A stretch of 38,831 nucleotides of DNA, counting the filler, from a bacterium (lineage in GTDB: Bacteria > RUG730), in NCBI GenBank assembly GCA_031551405.1. It is 4 parts of 4 records of this genome, joined end to end, with 100 filler letters (N's around TTAATTAATTAA, not from the genome) between each part and the next. Parts side by side here need not be neighbours in the genome. Positions count along the whole stretch, not along the records: positions 1 to 3,875 come from JAVBNQ010000004.1; positions 3,976 to 30,128 come from JAVBNQ010000002.1; 2 more parts are not named here. One strand, given 5' to 3'. A model generated the notes under the pieces. That model was not told the origin of the DNA, did no database searches, and was given only the letters and a program-made list of their open reading frames with translations. Of the stretch, positions 1 through 7,885 are shown piece after piece (position 1 is the first letter of the stretch; each line of letters starts with the position of its first letter). The position numbers and the translations under genes are program-made.

Positions 1-476
1 TTCTCATCTAAGTTTGTTATTTTATCATTTTGCCGCAAAACTTTCGCCAACTCCTCAAGTCCAACTTCCTCGTAAAGTTTACGCACTTTTTGTTTAGTTT
101 CAACAGAAATTTCCGGAATTTTAGAAAGCCCAAAAATACAAGCGTCGAGATAAAGTCCGGTCCCTCCGCATAAAATTAAATTTTTGTTTTCTTCAAAAGT
201 TTCTTCAGCTTTCTCGTTAAAATAATCCAGAAAATTCGCAACATTGAAATTATCGTAAACGCCACACAAATTAAACCCAAAATGTTTTATTTCGTCCCAA
301 AAAACCGTTTCTTGCGTTTGATTTGTGGGTTTCGCTGTCCCGATACAAATTTCTTTGTAAATTTGCCTGGAATCCGCGTTTATGATATTTGCGTTAATTT
401 TTTTTGCGAGTTCTAAACTTATTTTCGATTTTCCGGAAGCGGTTGCTCCGACGATAACAATGATTTTGTTAGACAT
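1..476 (-). CDS. miaA: tRNA dimethylallyltransferase, 5' part (runs off window)
   Basis: Not in ORF track. Manual translation from ATG at 476 gives MSNKIIVIVGATASGKSKI...INADSRQIYKEICIGTAKP...LCGGTGLYL, the MiaA P-loop and DSxQ motifs. Overlaps the mutL stop (conserved mutL-miaA pair). Confidence 0.95.
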   Translation of the reverse strand, partial: MSNKIIVIVGATASGKSKISLELAKKINANIINADSRQIYKEICIGTAKPTNQTQETVFWDEIKHFGFNLCGVYDNFNVANFLDYFNEKAEETFEENKNLILCGGTGLYLDACIFGLSKIPEISVETKQKVRKLYEEVGLEELAKVLRQNDKITNLDE

Positions 477-2340
477 TTTTGCGGCCGAATTTTGTGTCAA
501 TCTCGTTTTCGGAAAAAGAAATAATCGTCGGACGACCATGCGGACAATTGTATGGATTTTTGGTTTGGAATAGACGTTCGATCAATTTTTGCATTTCCGG
601 AAAACTCAAAATTTGATTTGCTTTTATTGAATTTTTACAAGCGATTCTTATGATTTTGTCAATAATTTCTTCTGATGATAAAATGTCTTTTTCAGTCAAA
701 TTCTCGATAATTTCCAAAAGAGCCGCTTTTTCGTTTCCGTTTTGAATTATCGACGGAACTGCAGTAATTTTAAGCGTTCGATCGCCAAAATGTTCCACGA
801 AAAATCCAAAAGTTTCGAAATTTTTTAAATTTTTCAAAACAATATCAATTTTACTCGCTAAAATATTTACAACTGTCGGAATCAAAAGCCCTTGAACTTC
901 GACTCTTTTTGACTCAAAATCATTCCGCAAAATCTCGTAATTGACACGTTCGTGGCAGGCGTGTTGATCAAAAATAAGCAAATCTTTTCTCGAGTTAAAC
1001 GCGAGTATAAATTTCTCAGGAAGCCAACCAATAACTTTTATATCATTTTGTATTGGGAAAATAGACTCAGTTTGAGACGGTGAAATATTTTTATTGAAAT
1101 TTTTTTCGTCAGGAGTTTTAGCTGAAATTTCAGTAATTTTTTGAGTTGAATGAATTTTTTCAAAAGCGTTTAAAAAATTTTTTTTGTAATTTTCCGGAAT
1201 AAAAACTTTTGTATAAGACGGGGCAGAATTTTTTTTGTAAATATTTTTATCAAATTTTAAAACATTTTTTTCTTCAAATTTTAAATTTTTATCTCCAAAA
1301 TTCTCAAGATTTGCTTTTTTTTGTTCCTCGTAATTTAAAATTTTTTCGTTATTTTTATTTTGCAGCGCGAGTGAAATTAAATCTTTTACAATGCAAAAAA
1401 TCGCACGCTCGTTGACGAATTTCACGTCTATCTTTTGCGGATGTACGTTTACATCGAAAAATTCTCCGCTCAATTCCAAAAATAAAAATATGACGGGAAA
1501 TCTGGATTTTAAAACATGCTCTTTGTAGGACTCGTTTATTGCTGAAATCAAAATTTTTGAGATGATGCTACGTCTATTAACGAAGGTAAAATATTTATTT
1601 TTACTTTTTTCAATCCAGTCTGGACTCGATACAAATCCTGAAATTTTTACAAAATTATTTTCAAAATTTAGCGGGATCAAAAAATTACTGATCTCGTCAC
1701 CAAAAATATCTAAAATTCGCCTTTTTGACTCGTCAGTTTTATACAAGTTTAATTTTGGTTTTGATTTTACATTCATGTGAAATGAAATTTCAGGATGAGA
1801 AATCGCAATTTTTTCAAGGTTGGAAATTATGTGTGAAATTTCGGTAGCGCTCGATTTTAAGAATTTTTTTCGAGCAGGCGTGTTGTAAAATAAATCGTTA
1901 ATTGTTATTTGAGTTCCAGTCGTGAGGCCGGCTTTTGTAATTTGTTTTATTTCACCACCCTCACTCACCAAAGAAAATCCGAGTTCAGACTCTGCTTGTT
2001 TCGTCTTTATCTCAAGCTTTGAAATTCTTGCGATCGTCGACAGCGCTTCTCCTCTGAAACCAAAAGTTTTAATCTTCTCCAAGTCGTTTATATTTTGGAT
2101 TTTACTCGTCGTGTGCGGCAATAAACAAAGTTTCAAATCCTCGTGATTCATTCCAACGCCGTTGTCGCTAATTTTAATAAAATCAGTTACATCTTCGCCG
2201 AGATCGATAGTGATTTTATCGGCTTTTGCATCGATTGCGTTCTCGACCAATTCTTTGACAGCAGAATAAGGCCTCTCGACGACTTCGCCTGCCGCAATTT
2301 TTTCAATCGTATCTAAATCTAGGATTTTAATTTTGTTCAT
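469..2340 (-). CDS. mutL: DNA mismatch repair endonuclease MutL
   Basis: IAAGEVVERP, KELVENAIDA, GFRGEAL, DVNVHP. C-terminal DQHACHERVNYE, ACK and CPHGRP endonuclease motifs. Confidence 0.98.
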   Translation of the reverse strand: MNKIKILDLDTIEKIAAGEVVERPYSAVKELVENAIDAKADKITIDLGEDVTDFIKISDNGVGMNHEDLKLCLLPHTTSKIQNINDLEKIKTFGFRGEALSTIARISKLEIKTKQAESELGFSLVSEGGEIKQITKAGLTTGTQITINDLFYNTPARKKFLKSSATEISHIISNLEKIAISHPEISFHMNVKSKPKLNLYKTDESKRRILDIFGDEISNFLIPLNFENNFVKISGFVSSPDWIEKSKNKYFTFVNRRSIISKILISAINESYKEHVLKSRFPVIFLFLELSGEFFDVNVHPQKIDVKFVNERAIFCIVKDLISLALQNKNNEKILNYEEQKKANLENFGDKNLKFEEKNVLKFDKNIYKKNSAPSYTKVFIPENYKKNFLNAFEKIHSTQKITEISAKTPDEKNFNKNISPSQTESIFPIQNDIKVIGWLPEKFILAFNSRKDLLIFDQHACHERVNYEILRNDFESKRVEVQGLLIPTVVNILASKIDIVLKNLKNFETFGFFVEHFGDRTLKITAVPSIIQNGNEKAALLEIIENLTEKDILSSEEIIDKIIRIACKNSIKANQILSFPEMQKLIERLFQTKNPYNCPHGRPTIISFSENEIDTKFGRKNV

Positions 2341-3086
2341 TTTTTTATAGTTTTTTGCCTCATAGCATAAAGTTTTTCTCGATATTTTACATTCCAGATC
2401 GCTTCAAATAATTCTACGACGGATCTTATTATAAAAAGCAAACTGAATGACGACGATGTTCCGTATTTTCGCTCAAAGTGTGCTATTGGGAGTTGCAAAA
2501 TTTTTTTGCCTTTTTTTTGCGCTTCATAAAATAAAATTGCGCAGATAAATGCGCTATTTATAAAATCTTCGGAATTTTTCACGACATCACGTTTCATAAG
2601 TTTGAATGCGCAGTCAATATCTATTTGCTTTAAACCAAATACTATTTTCACAAAAAAATTATAGATATCTGACGAAAATTTACGCGTTTTTTCGTTGTCG
2701 TAAGCTCTATTTAGCCTGAATCCTGAAATCAAATCATACTCGGGAATATAATTTATAAATTTTTTCAATTCTTGAATATCAAACTGATGATCTCCGTCTG
2801 TGTAAAAAATCAATTCGTATTTTGAATTTGCAAAACCGGTTTTTAGAGCGGCTCCGTATCCAAGGTTGAATCTGTGATGGATTACTTTTACTTTTGGATA
2901 TTTTTGCGCTACCTCGTCGCATTTTAGGCCAGTGTTATCTACGCTTCCGTCGTTTACGATTATGATTTCGTAATCTTCTGCAATCTCATCCAAAACCTGA
3001 GTGGCCTCCTCGACCATCTCAAAAATTGTTCCCTCGTCGTTAAAAGCTGGGAAGAAAAATGAAATATTATATTTTTTTTTATCCAA
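2337..3086 (-). CDS. GT2 family glycosyltransferase (polyprenol-phosphate mannosyltransferase/ArnC-like)
   Basis: FFPAFND, IIIVNDGSVD, NLGYGAAL, YTDGD (DxD), DIDCAFKL. TTG start with GGAGAAGGA upstream. Confidence 0.88.
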   Translation of the reverse strand: MDKKKYNISFFFPAFNDEGTIFEMVEEATQVLDEIAEDYEIIIVNDGSVDNTGLKCDEVAQKYPKVKVIHHRFNLGYGAALKTGFANSKYELIFYTDGDHQFDIQELKKFINYIPEYDLISGFRLNRAYDNEKTRKFSSDIYNFFVKIVFGLKQIDIDCAFKLMKRDVVKNSEDFINSAFICAILFYEAQKKGKKILQLPIAHFERKYGTSSSFSLLFIIRSVVELFEAIWNVKYREKLYAMRQKTIKK

Positions 3087-3435
3087 AATCCTTCTCCATT
3101 ATCAATTAATTACACTTTTTTTTTACTTTCAACGCTAGCACTCATATTTTTATTTAAAAACTTTTGCACACAGCGTTCTTTCTTCAAAGGAAAACCAGCT
3201 CAAACGCCATCGATTTAAAATTTCAGGAATTTATTTGCCTTTAAAAAACTTTTTTATTTTTCAGTCCTCACGATAAGATTTTCATTTTAAACAAATGTTT
3301 TTCTCAGTATATCTCAAAAAAAAACAAAATCCATCGTTTTTTGCTCAAAAATTCGTTTTTTCGTCTCAAGTCCACACGTTTTTAGGCTAGAAATATTGCA
3401 TGCGGCGTTCTTTTTTTCGAAAAACCAACTCCAAA

Positions 3436-3595
3436 GCCGTAGGTTTTTCGAGCTTTTCCTAGGCTTTTCCTCGCAAAACTCGCTTCACTCCGTTTCGCTC
3501 ATACAGTTGCGAGCAGGGTTTTCTTATTTAACCCCCGCCTAATTTTTTCGTTCCTTCCTAAAGTTTTTTTGGTCTACTTTTAGGAGCCTACAGAC
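3436..3595 (-). repeat. Module A, multi-branched structured element (copy 1)
   Basis: On - strand: GTCTGTAGG/CCTACGGC, TCCTAAAAG/CTTTAGGA, TAGGC/GCCTA, GGGGTT/AACCCT and CTCGCAA/TTGCGAG enclosing AACTGTATGAGC..GCGAGTTTT. Strand assigned by the core shared with module B. Confidence 0.8.
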
Positions 3596-3688
3596 GATAA
3601 ATTTTAAAAACCTTGTTTAAATTTTCTCTTTCTCGTGAGATTTTTTTGTCCTTTTTATGAGTTTTTCTTTTTTCTTCTATTTTTAAAT

Positions 3689-3869
3689 GTCTGCATAGTG
3701 AAGAGAAGATGGAAAAAATTGAGAAAATCGTTTGAAATTTCTAACTGTTTGAGCCCAATTTTTTGTGGCGAGTTTTAGAAATTTAGATTTTATAAAATTT
3801 TTTCCCTATCTCTGAGGTACAGCAGACTAGCCTTTTTTGTTTCTTTTTTGGGCAATGTCAAAAAAGAAA
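3689..3869 (+). repeat. Module B, long imperfect hairpin plus 3' hairpin (copy 1)
   Basis: GTCTGC(3689-3694)/GCAGAC(3822-3827), GGAAAAAATT/AATTTTTTCC and AAATTTCTAA/TTAGAAATTT. Core at 3743-3776. Terminal hairpin TTTCTTTTTTG-GGCAATGT-CAAAAAAGAAA (3840-3869). Confidence 0.88.
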
Positions 3870-3875
3870 ATAAAG

Positions 3876-3975
3876 NNNNNNNNNNNNNNNNNNNNNNNNN
3901 NNNNNNNNNNNNNNNNNNNTTAATTAATTAANNNNNNNNNNNNNNNNNNNNNNNNNNNNNNNNNNNNNNNNNNNN
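3876..3975. other. Assembly gap with artificial six-frame stop linker
   Basis: 44 N + TTAATTAATTAA + 44 N, identical to the other two gaps. Confidence 0.97.
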
Positions 3976-4014
3976 AAAAAATTCTAGTATATCGCAAGCT
4001 TCATCTAAAATCAT
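3976..4014 (-). CDS. 5' start of an unidentified gene truncated by the gap (MILDEACDILEF...)
   Basis: AAGGAG (4023-4028) lies 8 nt before the ATG at 4014. The frame is open into the gap. Confidence 0.5.
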
Positions 4015-4436
4015 GTTTTTTTCTCCTTTACACGTAAAAGTCAATTTTTACTATGGATAAATTTCCTCGGCTTGTTTGGCTTGAATTTTGGAGTTATTAA
4101 AAATTGCAAAAACTTTATTTCTTGATGTCATTTTCTTAAAAATGCATATTTGATGAATATTTTATTTGAAATGAGCAACCCATCAATAATAACTACAGCT
4201 AATAAAAATTTTTGATGAAGGCAAACTTAATGCTTGGTTTTAAAAAGAAAATAGTCCTTAAAAAAATATTAATAGAAGAGCAACATATGGATATTTTTTT
4301 AAAAAAATAGTTTTGAAATATCAAGACAAAGTAATTCACTAAAGAAGAAAAAATAGCAGCATTAAGCTGACATCGAAAAACACGTAAGCAAAATCGGGAT
4401 TTCTAAAGCCTACGCAATATGGAAAAACGATAAAAT

Positions 4437-5852
4437 TTATACGGTTTTTGTGAGCAAAGCGAGAGTTTCGACATTGCTCGTCTGGGGGAACATATCAAAA
4501 GCCTTGGCGCGAACCAGGTCAAACCCAATGTTCTTGAAATAAAATAAATCGCGCGCCAAAGTCACGGGATTACAAGATACATAAACGATTTTTTGTGGAT
4601 CGATATTTTTGATGTGAGCTAAAGTCTCGCTCGAAATGCCTTTACGTGGAGGATTGAGGATCACAGTGTCGAATTTTTTGCCTTTCAAAATGCTAAGAAT
4701 TTCTTCAACTTTACCTTCGAAAAACTCTATATTTCGAATATTATTTTTTTCAGCATTTAATCTTGCATTTTCAACAGCTTTTTTGACGCTTTCAATCCCG
4801 ACGACAGACTTTGCAGCATCAGCAACAAAAATTCCTATTCCGCCGCATCCGCAATACAAATCCAAAATATTTTCAGACTTCCAAAATTTTAATTTTACAT
4901 CAATTTTTGAAAATAAATATCTCTTGATTTCCGAGTACAAAAGCTCTGCCGTCAAAGTATTTACTTGAAAAAAAGACTCGCTCGATACCAAATACTCGAT
5001 CTCGCATAATTTCTCCGAAATTTCGTTTTTCCCAAAAATCGTAAAAAATTTCTCACCCCAAATCACATTCGTTTTTTTTGCGTTCAAATTATAAATTATT
5101 CCGGCTATTTCTCTAAACTTTTCTGACAAAATTTTCGTTATTTTTTTGATTTTTTGGATTTGTTGAGAGTCATCAAACTCGTTCGTTCCGACGATTGTTA
5201 AAAGTATTTCGCGAGCTTCGTTAGTTCGAAAACACAAATGCCTGATACCACCTTTGCCGTCTTTTTCGTCGTAAACATCCAGCTTTTCCAAATTCGCCAG
5301 TCTCAAAAACTCGTCTTTTACTTCTTGCAAATTTTTCGGTTGAACACGACACTCATCGATACAAACTACATCATGCGATTTTTTCGCAAAAATGCCGGCA
5401 TAAATTTCTCCTTTCTCCGTCTTTGAAATCGGAAGCTGAAGCTTATTTCTGTACTCAAGAACCTTTGGACTCGCTACTATTCCGTCCCAAAAATATTCAT
5501 CTATTTTCAATTTTCCGATCTTTTGGAACGCGTTTTTGATTAAAAATTCTTTATACTCGAGCTGTTTCTCGTATTTTAAATGCATAAAATTGCATCCGCC
5601 ACAACTCAATTTTTCCGTCTCAAGCTGATAAAATTTGCAACTCGGAGTTATTCTATCAGGCGACACAACATCAATCGTTACAATCCATCCTCTCGCGAAA
5701 TTTTTTGAAACTTCCGTAATTTCAACTTTTATTTCGTCGTTAATGGCAGTATTCGATACAAAAACTACAAAATTATCAATCCTGCCGATACCTTCGCCGC
5801 CATTCGCAATTGCGTCGATTTTTAAATTTACATTATCGCCAACTTTTAACAT
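4437..5852 (-). CDS. rlmD: 23S rRNA (uracil-C5)-methyltransferase RlmD/RlmCD
   Basis: N-terminal TRAM domain, C..CGGC 4Fe-4S motif, YRNK, SFFQVN, LDLYCGCG, NPPRKG, YVSCNP, DMFPQT. Start moved to the ATG at 5852, just after the upstream stop. Confidence 0.92.
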   Translation of the reverse strand: MLKVGDNVNLKIDAIANGGEGIGRIDNFVVFVSNTAINDEIKVEITEVSKNFARGWIVTIDVVSPDRITPSCKFYQLETEKLSCGGCNFMHLKYEKQLEYKEFLIKNAFQKIGKLKIDEYFWDGIVASPKVLEYRNKLQLPISKTEKGEIYAGIFAKKSHDVVCIDECRVQPKNLQEVKDEFLRLANLEKLDVYDEKDGKGGIRHLCFRTNEAREILLTIVGTNEFDDSQQIQKIKKITKILSEKFREIAGIIYNLNAKKTNVIWGEKFFTIFGKNEISEKLCEIEYLVSSESFFQVNTLTAELLYSEIKRYLFSKIDVKLKFWKSENILDLYCGCGGIGIFVADAAKSVVGIESVKKAVENARLNAEKNNIRNIEFFEGKVEEILSILKGKKFDTVILNPPRKGISSETLAHIKNIDPQKIVYVSCNPVTLARDLFYFKNIGFDLVRAKAFDMFPQTSNVETLALLTKTV

Positions 5853-5853
5853 T

Positions 5854-7881
5854 TCATCTCTCTTTAAACAGTTCGAAATTAAAAGGAACGAGAATTCCGG
5901 GTTCACGGTTTTGCGCTTTTTCGAGGTTAGTTTTTGCGAACGAATAATCAGGATTTAACGAGATGGCTTCAAGGTAATACTTTTTTGCTGTTTCAAAATC
6001 TCCTAACATCGAGTGAATTGTCCCGAGATTGGTCCAGGCCGCATAATTTCTCTCGTCAATTTTTATTGCTTTTTCCATATATTCGATGCTTTTTTCAATC
6101 TCTTTTTTCTCAACGGAAATATTGAATAAACAATACAAAACCGGCGTATTTATTGGGTTAATTTTGTGTGATTCGAACAAATATTTCTCAGCATTTTGTG
6201 TGTCGCCATTTTTGTAGTACACGTACCCGGCGTTAAAATAAATTTCGTCGTAACCGGGATTTGCCAAAATAGCCTCTTTGTAATATTTTACTGCCTCTGT
6301 GGAAAGGCCTAGTTTCATGTTTGTATTACCGAGTTCGTACAAATTATTCACCTCATATTTATGCAATTTCCTGGCTTTTTCCATGTATTTTTTAGCTCGC
6401 AAAAGTAGCGTTGAATGCCCTGGCGCATTGTTCGTCAGCATTAACCCTTGGAAATAATATTTTTCGGCAAGAAAATATCTTACCGCAAGACATGATGAAG
6501 TCGCACACAAAATACAAAATATTGCCAAAATGATCTTGGTGATAATTTTTTTTACATCTTGAACTGGAGGAATATTCCCGCTGGCTCTTTTAATTTTTTG
6601 GATAGCGCTTCCGACTATAAACCAAAACGTCATCATAGGCAAAGTAAAATGTAAGCTCACATTTAGCATATTATCGACGAGCATAGCCACAATCGCAACC
6701 ACAAAAGCTATTAACTCTAATTTTGTCCTCGCGTCTAAATTTTTACGATTTATCGTCTTGAAGAGACAAATAAAAAGAGTGATAAAAAATAAAACATAAA
6801 ACGAGAATCCGACGACGCCTGTTTGCGTGAGAATTTCAAGAATCTCGTTATGAGTGTTGTTTGCGTGCGTACGATATACGTCGTACGGTTTTTGTGTAAT
6901 ATATTTCGCCTGGTAAAACGGATAAAATGACTCAAAAATACCATTCCCAACTCCAAAAATTTTGTTGTCCAAAAACATATCTCTGCTCGATTTCCAGATC
7001 AAAAGCCGCTGATAAATTCCTTTATTTTCCAAGCTAAGGTTGAACGTTTCGTTGAATCTGGAAGCAAGATATCCTCTGAACGGAGTCGCCCAAAGTATCG
7101 CTCCAAAAATTAAAGTTAGAACTACTCCAAAACGCAAAATTTTTTTTATATTCTTTGTTTTTTGACTCAAAAATAAAACCAAATACAAAAATATTCCCAC
7201 CGAAAATCCGAGCCAAGAACTTCGCGTCATTGTGCAAATTAATGCAAAAATCATCACACAACAAATGCCGGCGTAAAAAAATCTATCAAAACCTTTTTTT
7301 GTAAACACGTTCGTGAATCCGACGGGAAGTAGCATTATGAGGAAACTCGAGAGGAAATTCGGGTTTCCAAAAGTTGAAACACATCTATTTCCAAATGGAT
7401 TTACATCCGTTTGCCAAATAAGCTCGACTCCAAAAAATTGAAAAATCCCATAAAATGACGACAAAAATGCTGCAAAAAACAAAAATTTGAAAATCGAGCT
7501 TTCTGTTTTTTGATCTTTGATAAAGTAGTTTGGCAAAAAATATACGAGGAGTGAATTAAAAAAAATAAGATTAAATCCTTTCAAACCTTCGTTAAAAATT
7601 GCAATTTTATATTCCGGAAATTTAAAAAACGCAATTCCCCAACTCACGAAACATAGCAAAAAAAACGAAATTAAAAATTTTTCCGTCAACATCAGTTTTT
7701 GAAATTCAAAATTTTTTTGTCTAAAATTCTCGAAAAATTTCAAAATAACAAGTAAAGACAAAATGCAAATTACTAAAACCTGCTGAATATAAAATGGATT
7801 TCTCGTGATATTTACCAGGAAAAATAAAAATGGCACAAAAAATAAAGTTTTAATTAAAAAATTTTGAATTTTGAGAAGCAT
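5854..7881 (-). CDS. O-antigen ligase/Wzy_C family membrane protein with C-terminal TPR repeats
   Basis: Multiple TM helices, STFGNPNFLSS, TMTRSSWLG, RLLIWKS..FGVGNG, THNEILEIL, then several TPRs. Start is probably the ATG at 7881 (ORF track begins at 7905). Confidence 0.85.
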   Translation of the reverse strand: MLLKIQNFLIKTLFFVPFLFFLVNITRNPFYIQQVLVICILSLLVILKFFENFRQKNFEFQKLMLTEKFLISFFLLCFVSWGIAFFKFPEYKIAIFNEGLKGFNLIFFNSLLVYFLPNYFIKDQKTESSIFKFLFFAAFLSSFYGIFQFFGVELIWQTDVNPFGNRCVSTFGNPNFLSSFLIMLLPVGFTNVFTKKGFDRFFYAGICCVMIFALICTMTRSSWLGFSVGIFLYLVLFLSQKTKNIKKILRFGVVLTLIFGAILWATPFRGYLASRFNETFNLSLENKGIYQRLLIWKSSRDMFLDNKIFGVGNGIFESFYPFYQAKYITQKPYDVYRTHANNTHNEILEILTQTGVVGFSFYVLFFITLFICLFKTINRKNLDARTKLELIAFVVAIVAMLVDNMLNVSLHFTLPMMTFWFIVGSAIQKIKRASGNIPPVQDVKKIITKIILAIFCILCATSSCLAVRYFLAEKYYFQGLMLTNNAPGHSTLLLRAKKYMEKARKLHKYEVNNLYELGNTNMKLGLSTEAVKYYKEAILANPGYDEIYFNAGYVYYKNGDTQNAEKYLFESHKINPINTPVLYCLFNISVEKKEIEKSIEYMEKAIKIDERNYAAWTNLGTIHSMLGDFETAKKYYLEAISLNPDYSFAKTNLEKAQNREPGILVPFNFELFKER

Positions 7882-7885
7882 AAAT

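Larger units (their letters stand above)
3164..3875. repeat. Composite intergenic repeat, locus 1 (sub-modules D', E, C, D, A, F, B)
   Basis: Module A (3436-3595) differs from 36140-36299 at about 4 positions. Module B (3689-3869) matches 14857-15039, 30229-30303 and 36405-36482. Confidence 0.95.

Noticed and set aside
3743-3776. Core resembles a hammerhead ribozyme (CUGANGA-stem II-GAAA)
   Set aside because: It has CUGUWUGA and GAGUU rather than CUGANGA and GAAA, with no evident stem III or NUH site. Not a canonical hammerhead, although a self-cleavage assay would be cheap.
3436-3869. Repeat as a classical IS or MITE
   Set aside because: No transposase ORF, and I could not identify terminal inverted repeats for the whole composite or target-site duplications.
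3164-3875. Repeat region as a CRISPR array
   Set aside because: Copies are dispersed and long, with no regular repeat-spacer period and no cas genes.
3920-3931. TTAATTAATTAA palindrome repeated at 3920, 30173 and 36527
   Set aside because: Always centred in exactly 44+44 Ns and gives stops in all six frames, so it is an assembly linker rather than biology.
5853-5906. Extended N-termini in the ORF track for rlmD, mntP, recN, ndk and HU
   Set aside because: They overlap upstream genes or precede the homologous start. Downstream starts fit the RBS or stop-start coupling better.
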